Source: Naegleria gruberi
Lineage: Eukaryota
Reading direction: 5' to 3' (one strand)
DNA: 15,284 nt
NCBI GenBank assembly: GCA_000004985.1
Contig: GG738980.1
In this document: positions 7,802-15,284 of the stretch, piece after piece
How the letters are laid out: every line of letters begins with the position of its first letter
How positions within the stretch are numbered: the first letter of the stretch is position 1
Notes under the pieces: model-generated
Databases searched by the model: none
Seen by the model: the letters and a program-made list of their open reading frames with translations, nothing else
What the model was told of the DNA's origin: nothing
Translations under genes and position numbers: made by a program

Positions 7802-8326
7802 TTAATGATGACATGATGTTGAGACTATTTTTTGAGCATAATTTTTAAAATAATATTTTAATAATTTTGTATAAAAACACACTAGTTCTTCACCATATTC
7901 AGAACTCCCATTGTTCAATTCGTCAATAATCAATTTCAATTCATTTCTACAGGCAATAACTTCTGATGAATTGACAGATAATCCATCATAACCATGAATG
8001 CATTTTCCCTTGTAAACTTCATTCAATTCTAACGTCTTGTTTAGCATTACAAATTTCTTATTTTTGTAATCTAAAATCTTATCTTCAGTATAATTTTTGG
8101 AATTCGCAGCCATAACCCCAAATGCAATTTCTCCAATTTCTTCGGAGAACATAGTAAAATTTTCCGTAAAAAAGTCATGAAACGTTTTGGACTTCTTCTT
8201 CCAAAATTCAAATAACAAAGATTGGAATATTTCTGCATTCCTATATAAGTTATGTTTTCCCAAAATAAATAGGTATGTTAATACATCTCTAGATAATGAA
8301 AATTCATTCCAATTTCCAACTCTCAA
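7802..8326 (-). CDS. Hypothetical protein-coding segment with stop TAA at 7804..7802. The track 'start' at 8326 is TTG. The frame stays open up to 8446 with no ATG, and the first ATG is at 8152..8150 (117 codons to the stop). It is either an exon of a spliced gene or a gene fragment.
   Basis: I translated upstream of 8326 codon by codon. There is no stop until TGA at 8449..8447, and the frame reads through both copies of the 42-bp tandem repeat (..TTTIAAKNFTIQVRTTTIAAKNFTILFE..). The downstream protein is ..MFSEEIGEIAFGVMAANSKNYTEDKILDYKNKKFVMLNKTLELNEVYKGKCIHGYDGLSVNSSEVIACRNELKLIIDELNNGSSEYGEELVCFYTKLLKYYFKNYAQKIVSTSCHH, with no match to any family I recognise. Confidence 0.4.
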   Translation of the reverse strand: MRVGNWNEFSLSRDVLTYLFILGKHNLYRNAEIFQSLLFEFWKKKSKTFHDFFTENFTMFSEEIGEIAFGVMAANSKNYTEDKILDYKNKKFVMLNKTLELNEVYKGKCIHGYDGLSVNSSEVIACRNELKLIIDELNNGSSEYGEELVCFYTKLLKYYFKNYAQKIVSTSCHH

Positions 8327-8370
8327 TGCATAATAATAACTTCTAAGGGCTGGTAAAATTGTCTCAAAAA

Positions 8371-8454
8371 GAATTGTAAAGTTTTTGGCAGCTATTGTAG
8401 TAGTTCTAACCTGAATTGTAAAGTTTTTGGCAGCTATTGTAGTAGTTCAAACAC
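8371..8454. repeat. Two-copy tandem duplication of a 42-bp unit (39/42 identical). Its 36-bp core gaattgtaaagtttttggcagctattgtagtagttc is perfect in both copies (8371..8406 and 8413..8448).
   Basis: Read directly. The unit length is a multiple of 3, and the minus-strand open frame reads through both copies. Confidence 0.95.
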
Positions 8455-8879
8455 CAAGCAAAGCGAATATCTCCAACATTCGTCAAAGAGTTTCAGCAAG
8501 CAAATCTTCAACTTCTACCTACAAGTCAGGTTACATCCCAGTAACTGACAATGGTAGCTCAGCTTCACTCCCCTCTGTGGTTGACCCAACAAGCAAAACC
8601 TTGGATAACAATCAAGCTGGTTCTGAAAAGAACCTTGATGCTATTTTCAACGCCATCACTTCTTTGGGTGAGAGAATAAAGCATCTCGAAGCTGTTCCTC
8701 CTGTTCTGCAACAAGCTAATCAACTTGATGAAGACCCTGATGAGGAATCCGCTGATGAGGATTTCACTGGTAAACATTGGGGTCTAACTACTATCAAGGA
8801 GATTAGACGTAACTACGAAGTTGGTGATAGACTATCTGTTATAGGCGATAAAAACTCGCACGAAGACCCAGGCAGTTAA
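8415..8879 (+). CDS. Hypothetical ATG-less ORF (exon or gene fragment) of 154 codons with stop TAA at 8877..8879.
   Basis: The frame is open from the TGA at 8412..8414. The track start at 8427 is TTG, and there is no in-frame ATG anywhere in the ORF. It translates to ..AAIVVVQTPSKANISNIRQRVSASKSS..LDAIFNAITSLGERIKHLEAVPPVLQQANQLDEDPDEESADEDFTGKHWGLTTIKEIRRNYEVGDRLSVIGDKNSHEDPGS, which is acidic and Ser-rich and unrecognised. A candidate 3' splice acceptor tttttggcag sits at 8424..8433 inside the repeat. Confidence 0.35.
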   Translation: MVKFLAAIVVVQTPSKANISNIRQRVSASKSSTSTYKSGYIPVTDNGSSASLPSVVDPTSKTLDNNQAGSEKNLDAIFNAITSLGERIKHLEAVPPVLQQANQLDEDPDEESADEDFTGKHWGLTTIKEIRRNYEVGDRLSVIGDKNSHEDPGS

Positions 8880-8939
8880 ATTCGTTGGTATGAACCTTCC
8901 AGGCGAAAAATACTTCTAGGATAGATTCCATTAAAATTA

Positions 8940-8973
8940 TCCATCCCTAAAAGTCTGCTATATCAGGGATGGA
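8940..8973. other. Hairpin-capable inverted repeat with a 9-bp perfect stem (tccatccct at 8940..8948 pairing with agggatgga at 8965..8973) and a 16-nt loop.
   Basis: Read directly. It lies about 60 nt downstream of the stop of the plus ORF ending at 8879. Confidence 0.6.
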
Positions 8974-9476
8974 ATTAGGCCTTGCACAAATAGAATCCAA
9001 TTAGACAACACTTATCTGTTAAGGTAGGAATTATCATTAATATGATAAGTCTCATTAAACAAGCTCTATTAGCATGAATTTAGAGCCATTATGTGTAATA
9101 TCTTGTTTTATGAACCTATTCAATATCTACTAGGATTTTATGAATTATCAAGTATTAAAGAAGTATATTTAATTGGTAAATAATCACAGATTAGTTTTTA
9201 AAAATTTAAAATCTCCAATTCAATGAATTTAACACAATAAATTAATGTGTGATACAAAAGTACAATGAAATTTATTATTTTGATGTTTTGACATGGTGAA
9301 CATCTGGTTAGGCTGAGAACTTGCATGTTTAGAGAGAAATTTAAGATCTTTATGATCTCATCGAAATAAAACGAAATATTTGATATGGTACATCTACAAT
9401 AATACTAATAACAGTTTATTAATGTTTCAAGAAGTTTGGCTATGTACTTTTGGCATGAATCATGATATGTTATCAG

Positions 9477-12400
9477 NNNNNNNNNNNNNNNNNNNNNNNN
9501 NNNNNNNNNNNNNNNNNNNNNNNNNNNNNNNNNNNNNNNNNNNNNNNNNNNNNNNNNNNNNNNNNNNNNNNNNNNNNNNNNNNNNNNNNNNNNNNNNNNN
9601 NNNNNNNNNNNNNNNNNNNNNNNNNNNNNNNNNNNNNNNNNNNNNNNNNNNNNNNNNNNNNNNNNNNNNNNNNNNNNNNNNNNNNNNNNNNNNNNNNNNN
9701 NNNNNNNNNNNNNNNNNNNNNNNNNNNNNNNNNNNNNNNNNNNNNNNNNNNNNNNNNNNNNNNNNNNNNNNNNNNNNNNNNNNNNNNNNNNNNNNNNNNN
9801 NNNNNNNNNNNNNNNNNNNNNNNNNNNNNNNNNNNNNNNNNNNNNNNNNNNNNNNNNNNNNNNNNNNNNNNNNNNNNNNNNNNNNNNNNNNNNNNNNNNN
9901 NNNNNNNNNNNNNNNNNNNNNNNNNNNNNNNNNNNNNNNNNNNNNNNNNNNNNNNNNNNNNNNNNNNNNNNNNNNNNNNNNNNNNNNNNNNNNNNNNNNN
10001 NNNNNNNNNNNNNNNNNNNNNNNNNNNNNNNNNNNNNNNNNNNNNNNNNNNNNNNNNNNNNNNNNNNNNNNNNNNNNNNNNNNNNNNNNNNNNNNNNNNN
10101 NNNNNNNNNNNNNNNNNNNNNNNNNNNNNNNNNNNNNNNNNNNNNNNNNNNNNNNNNNNNNNNNNNNNNNNNNNNNNNNNNNNNNNNNNNNNNNNNNNNN
10201 NNNNNNNNNNNNNNNNNNNNNNNNNNNNNNNNNNNNNNNNNNNNNNNNNNNNNNNNNNNNNNNNNNNNNNNNNNNNNNNNNNNNNNNNNNNNNNNNNNNN
10301 NNNNNNNNNNNNNNNNNNNNNNNNNNNNNNNNNNNNNNNNNNNNNNNNNNNNNNNNNNNNNNNNNNNNNNNNNNNNNNNNNNNNNNNNNNNNNNNNNNNN
10401 NNNNNNNNNNNNNNNNNNNNNNNNNNNNNNNNNNNNNNNNNNNNNNNNNNNNNNNNNNNNNNNNNNNNNNNNNNNNNNNNNNNNNNNNNNNNNNNNNNNN
10501 NNNNNNNNNNNNNNNNNNNNNNNNNNNNNNNNNNNNNNNNNNNNNNNNNNNNNNNNNNNNNNNNNNNNNNNNNNNNNNNNNNNNNNNNNNNNNNNNNNNN
10601 NNNNNNNNNNNNNNNNNNNNNNNNNNNNNNNNNNNNNNNNNNNNNNNNNNNNNNNNNNNNNNNNNNNNNNNNNNNNNNNNNNNNNNNNNNNNNNNNNNNN
10701 NNNNNNNNNNNNNNNNNNNNNNNNNNNNNNNNNNNNNNNNNNNNNNNNNNNNNNNNNNNNNNNNNNNNNNNNNNNNNNNNNNNNNNNNNNNNNNNNNNNN
10801 NNNNNNNNNNNNNNNNNNNNNNNNNNNNNNNNNNNNNNNNNNNNNNNNNNNNNNNNNNNNNNNNNNNNNNNNNNNNNNNNNNNNNNNNNNNNNNNNNNNN
10901 NNNNNNNNNNNNNNNNNNNNNNNNNNNNNNNNNNNNNNNNNNNNNNNNNNNNNNNNNNNNNNNNNNNNNNNNNNNNNNNNNNNNNNNNNNNNNNNNNNNN
11001 NNNNNNNNNNNNNNNNNNNNNNNNNNNNNNNNNNNNNNNNNNNNNNNNNNNNNNNNNNNNNNNNNNNNNNNNNNNNNNNNNNNNNNNNNNNNNNNNNNNN
11101 NNNNNNNNNNNNNNNNNNNNNNNNNNNNNNNNNNNNNNNNNNNNNNNNNNNNNNNNNNNNNNNNNNNNNNNNNNNNNNNNNNNNNNNNNNNNNNNNNNNN
11201 NNNNNNNNNNNNNNNNNNNNNNNNNNNNNNNNNNNNNNNNNNNNNNNNNNNNNNNNNNNNNNNNNNNNNNNNNNNNNNNNNNNNNNNNNNNNNNNNNNNN
11301 NNNNNNNNNNNNNNNNNNNNNNNNNNNNNNNNNNNNNNNNNNNNNNNNNNNNNNNNNNNNNNNNNNNNNNNNNNNNNNNNNNNNNNNNNNNNNNNNNNNN
11401 NNNNNNNNNNNNNNNNNNNNNNNNNNNNNNNNNNNNNNNNNNNNNNNNNNNNNNNNNNNNNNNNNNNNNNNNNNNNNNNNNNNNNNNNNNNNNNNNNNNN
11501 NNNNNNNNNNNNNNNNNNNNNNNNNNNNNNNNNNNNNNNNNNNNNNNNNNNNNNNNNNNNNNNNNNNNNNNNNNNNNNNNNNNNNNNNNNNNNNNNNNNN
11601 NNNNNNNNNNNNNNNNNNNNNNNNNNNNNNNNNNNNNNNNNNNNNNNNNNNNNNNNNNNNNNNNNNNNNNNNNNNNNNNNNNNNNNNNNNNNNNNNNNNN
11701 NNNNNNNNNNNNNNNNNNNNNNNNNNNNNNNNNNNNNNNNNNNNNNNNNNNNNNNNNNNNNNNNNNNNNNNNNNNNNNNNNNNNNNNNNNNNNNNNNNNN
11801 NNNNNNNNNNNNNNNNNNNNNNNNNNNNNNNNNNNNNNNNNNNNNNNNNNNNNNNNNNNNNNNNNNNNNNNNNNNNNNNNNNNNNNNNNNNNNNNNNNNN
11901 NNNNNNNNNNNNNNNNNNNNNNNNNNNNNNNNNNNNNNNNNNNNNNNNNNNNNNNNNNNNNNNNNNNNNNNNNNNNNNNNNNNNNNNNNNNNNNNNNNNN
12001 NNNNNNNNNNNNNNNNNNNNNNNNNNNNNNNNNNNNNNNNNNNNNNNNNNNNNNNNNNNNNNNNNNNNNNNNNNNNNNNNNNNNNNNNNNNNNNNNNNNN
12101 NNNNNNNNNNNNNNNNNNNNNNNNNNNNNNNNNNNNNNNNNNNNNNNNNNNNNNNNNNNNNNNNNNNNNNNNNNNNNNNNNNNNNNNNNNNNNNNNNNNN
12201 NNNNNNNNNNNNNNNNNNNNNNNNNNNNNNNNNNNNNNNNNNNNNNNNNNNNNNNNNNNNNNNNNNNNNNNNNNNNNNNNNNNNNNNNNNNNNNNNNNNN
12301 NNNNNNNNNNNNNNNNNNNNNNNNNNNNNNNNNNNNNNNNNNNNNNNNNNNNNNNNNNNNNNNNNNNNNNNNNNNNNNNNNNNNNNNNNNNNNNNNNNNN

Positions 12401-13805
12401 NNNNNNNNNNNNNNNNNNNNNNNNNNNNNNNNNNNNNNNNNNNNNNNNNNNNNNNNNNNNNNNNNNNNNNNNNNNNNNNNNNNNNNNNNNNNNNNNNNNN
12501 NNNNNNNNNNNNNNNNNNNNNNNNNNNNNNNNNNNNNNNNNNNNNNNNNNNNNNNNNNNNNNNNNNNNNNNNNNNNNNNNNNNNNNNNNNNNNNNNNNNN
12601 NNNNNNNNNNNNNNNNNNNNNNNNNNNNNNNNNNNNNNNNNNNNNNNNNNNNNNNNNNNNNNNNNNNNNNNNNNNNNNNNNNNNNNNNNNNNNNNNNNNN
12701 NNNNNNNNNNNNNNNNNNNNNNNNNNNNNNNNNNNNNNNNNNNNNNNNNNNNNNNNNNNNNNNNNNNNNNNNNNNNNNNNNNNNNNNNNNNNNNNNNNNN
12801 NNNNNNNNNNNNNNNNNNNNNNNNNNNNNNNNNNNNNNNNNNNNNNNNNNNNNNNNNNNNNNNNNNNNNNNNNNNNNNNNNNNNNNNNNNNNNNNNNNNN
12901 NNNNNNNNNNNNNNNNNNNNNNNNNNNNNNNNNNNNNNNNNNNNNNNNNNNNNNNNNNNNNNNNNNNNNNNNNNNNNNNNNNNNNNNNNNNNNNNNNNNN
13001 NNNNNNNNNNNNNNNNNNNNNNNNNNNNNNNNNNNNNNNNNNNNNNNNNNNNNNNNNNNNNNNNNNNNNNNNNNNNNNNNNNNNNNNNNNNNNNNNNNNN
13101 NNNNNNNNNNNNNNNNNNNNNNNNNNNNNNNNNNNNNNNNNNNNNNNNNNNNNNNNNNNNNNNNNNNNNNNNNNNNNNNNNNNNNNNNNNNNNNNNNNNN
13201 NNNNNNNNNNNNNNNNNNNNNNNNNNNNNNNNNNNNNNNNNNNNNNNNNNNNNNNNNNNNNNNNNNNNNNNNNNNNNNNNNNNNNNNNNNNNNNNNNNNN
13301 NNNNNNNNNNNNNNNNNNNNNNNNNNNNNNNNNNNNNNNNNNNNNNNNNNNNNNNNNNNNNNNNNNNNNNNNNNNNNNNNNNNNNNNNNNNNNNNNNNNN
13401 NNNNNNNNNNNNNNNNNNNNNNNNNNNNNNNNNNNNNNNNNNNNNNNNNNNNNNNNNNNNNNNNNNNNNNNNNNNNNNNNNNNNNNNNNNNNNNNNNNNN
13501 NNNNNNNNNNNNNNNNNNNNNNNNNNNNNNNNNNNNNNNNNNNNNNNNNNNNNNNNNNNNNNNNNNNNNNNNNNNNNNNNNNNNNNNNNNNNNNNNNNNN
13601 NNNNNNNNNNNNNNNNNNNNNNNNNNNNNNNNNNNNNNNNNNNNNNNNNNNNNNNNNNNNNNNNNNNNNNNNNNNNNNNNNNNNNNNNNNNNNNNNNNNN
13701 NNNNNNNNNNNNNNNNNNNNNNNNNNNNNNNNNNNNNNNNNNNNNNNNNNNNNNNNNNNNNNNNNNNNNNNNNNNNNNNNNNNNNNNNNNNNNNNNNNNN
13801 NNNNN
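9477..13805. other. Run of 4,329 N (assembly gap or masked region).
   Basis: Literal n characters. ORFs 9380..13849, 9462..13889 and 9473..13813 are artefacts of translating N as X. Confidence 1.
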
Positions 13806-14546
13806 TTTTTCAATGGTTTCTACTGCTTTTACTTTTTCAGCAGATTTAATGGCCTTCTCTTGTTGTTTGGAGGTGATTTGGTCAAGTGAACCTCCTGATT
13901 TGTAGCTGTTAGAGAAGTTTTCAGCTGCTTCAAAGCCATTTTTAATGCCCATTCGAATACAGACTAGATTTAACTCAGAAATATTCTGAATAAATTCAAA
14001 TCCTTGAAGAATAAGCGGTAAATCAAGGGTATCACTCTCTCTCAAACGCTTGCAGATTTGAGAGATGATAAAAGAGTTTGTTAAAAGTAAAGAATAACCT
14101 TTACTTTTAATATCTTTTATACCAGATGAATCTGGAATGGGAGTGTCTACTTCTTTTCTGAACAACAATTCAAGAGCAGCCATTCTATTCTTGAATTCCA
14201 AGTTGTCAGCGTATGGAGCATTGGCTGTTTCGAATAGAAGAGAAACAGCTTCTTCCAACGGCAAATCTTCTTTCAATGACTCACCAAACATTCTTTGGTA
14301 AGAGTTGATGACGTGGTTTTTAAACCAATCATCTGGTTCATCAGCAACTCTTGCTCTTTTACCAGAAACCTCTTCAGATGGGTTGGACTCAAACAATTCC
14401 ATCGAAGAAGCGAGAGCAGAAGCACCTTGTGAACCAACCTTGGCGGAAGGAGTTAGAACAATGACTCGTTGCTCGCTACCTGCAGAAGGTGAGCTAAGGT
14501 CTTTCGTTTTCTTGTTGTTCTTTGGTGTAGTTGGTGTTGGGGCCAT
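13806..14546 (-). CDS. N-terminal 247 codons of a larger protein-coding gene, with ATG at 14546..14544. It continues into the N-gap and the product is not recognised.
   Basis: A genuine ATG, verified as cat at 14544..14546 on the plus strand, sits in an A-rich context (aaaaaattatcacaATGG, A at -3). The uninterrupted 741-nt ORF has protein-like composition: MAPTPTTPKNNKKTKDLSSPSAGSEQRVIVLTPSAKVGSQGAS..DWFKNHVINSYQRMFGESLKEDLPLEEAVSLLFETANAPYADNLEFKNRMAALELLFRKEVDTPIPD..LILQGFEFIQNISELNLVCIRMGIKNGFEAAENF... A TATA-like aaatataag lies about 45 nt upstream on the minus strand (near 14590). Confidence 0.7.
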
Positions 14547-15284
14547 TGTGATAATTTTTTGAGCATGGAAAAATACTCAACTTATATTTTATTAAGTTTA
14601 CAATGAAAACAAGTCCATTCTTCACTTCGCTCAGAATTAGACATTAGAGGGTGTTTGTTCATAAGTGCTAGATAGATATCGTGCAGATGGTGCATTGGGG
14701 AATCCAATAACTAGAAAAGAAGGTGATAATTGCAAGCTAGAAGAAATAGATTTCTTATCCGTATCAATTCTACGAATTATATTAGCTTTTTCTCTTGTTT
14801 CAGTTATCCAATTTGGGCAAGGATCAAACTCTTCAGAAGCAAACAAATCAGTATCCTGTCCGGAAAGAACAAGGTCCCTGGTGGTAACAAATAATTACAG
14901 GTATCCACACACATTTCTTCTACTGTTCCTTCACATTCGTTTTCATTAGCCATTTTTCTTACTTGTTGTTCCATTTTTTAAAAGTGTTTTTTAACGAGTA
15001 ATAAGCGTTTCCAATCAAGATTTAAGGCTTGCTCGAGTTTCAGTATTTATTCGATTAATGTATTCTCTCCTGATAAGAAATAAAGCAATTATTATTCACA
15101 CAATAAACTCTGGACTTGCCGAAACTTGATAAATCTAAGAGGATCAACCATTTGCTTTCAAGTATTCTAATTCATTAAATCTATGCATCCTTAGTAACTG
15201 AAAAAGTGGCTGAGGAAAATTTTCATTAAAATAAAAATAGACCAGATCAAAAACATGGGTTGTTATGCTAAAGAGAATAGATAA

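Noticed and set aside
8565-8777. 70-aa minus-strand ORF antisense to the 8415..8879 ORF.
   Set aside because: It is a short antisense ORF with hydrophobic low-complexity sequence.
9380-13889. ORFs 9380..13849 +, 9462..13889 + and 9473..13813 -, plus the C-terminal 23 aa (9405..9476) of the 9405..14546 minus ORF.
   Set aside because: These are N-run artefacts. Continuity across a 4.3-kb unreadable block cannot be assumed. Only 13806..14546 is supported as coding.
14305-14562. 85-aa plus-strand ORF antisense to the 13806..14546 gene.
   Set aside because: It lies within or antisense to a well-supported minus-strand coding region and is short.
14637-14949. Overlapping small ORFs 14637..14846 (-) and 14665..14949 (+) upstream of the 14546 ATG.
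   Set aside because: Both are TTG-initiated in the track. They sit in the likely promoter or 5' region of the large gene, they are mutually exclusive, and neither is convincing. The minus one (..DLFASEEFDPCPNWITETREKANIIRRIDTDKK..) could conceivably be an upstream exon, but I cannot support that.
1-15284. I searched for tRNA, rRNA and CRISPR arrays.
   Set aside because: I found no cloverleaf-compatible tRNA-like segments, no rRNA-like conserved blocks, and no regularly spaced direct repeats with unique spacers. The organism is a eukaryote (DIRS-type element), so CRISPR is not expected.

Overview
This 15.3-kb window comes from an AT-rich eukaryotic genome. 8,740 of its 15,284 positions are N (2393-6803 and 9477-13805), so 57% of the window is unreadable. 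Every six-frame ORF that runs through an X-run is a translation artefact. The ORF track also accepts GTG/TTG as starts, so several of its 'M' residues are not ATG. The readable parts contain: (1) On the minus strand, the 3' ~1.66 kb of a pol gene typical of DIRS/Ngaro-class (tyrosine-recombinase-type) retrotransposons. It carries reverse transcriptase (FRLILDLRSIN ... YLDD), RNase H (DATPQGFG ... NFLADRLSR) and the conserved post-RNase H domain. It is open all the way into the first N-gap, so its 5' end is hidden. (2) A second minus-strand ORF of at least 548 codons lies in the -1 frame and overlaps that pol segment completely. It encodes a basic Ser/Arg-rich protein. The pol frame never places a T-ending codon before an AA-, AG- or GA-starting codon, which is what keeps this frame open. 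This recalls the overlapping-ORF layout of DIRS1. (3) The element's 3' flank (about 250-750) holds a dense cluster of the 8-mer GTCCAAAA/TTTTGGAC in both orientations, plus paired GGAC-N6-GTCC units. (4) There are several ATG-less ORF fragments, likely exons or pseudogene pieces. Two of them diverge on either side of a perfect 36-bp (42-bp unit) in-frame tandem duplication at 8371-8454. (5) On the minus strand, the N-terminal 247 codons of a larger protein-coding gene start at an ATG at 14546 and run into the second N-gap. Its product is not recognised. (6) Minor elements are a G-quadruplex motif at 7777-7793, an (AT)14 microsatellite and a 9-bp-stem hairpin. I found no rRNA, tRNA or CRISPR. 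The most interesting candidate for further work is the DIRS-like element, with its fully overlapping second ORF and its motif-dense 3' region.
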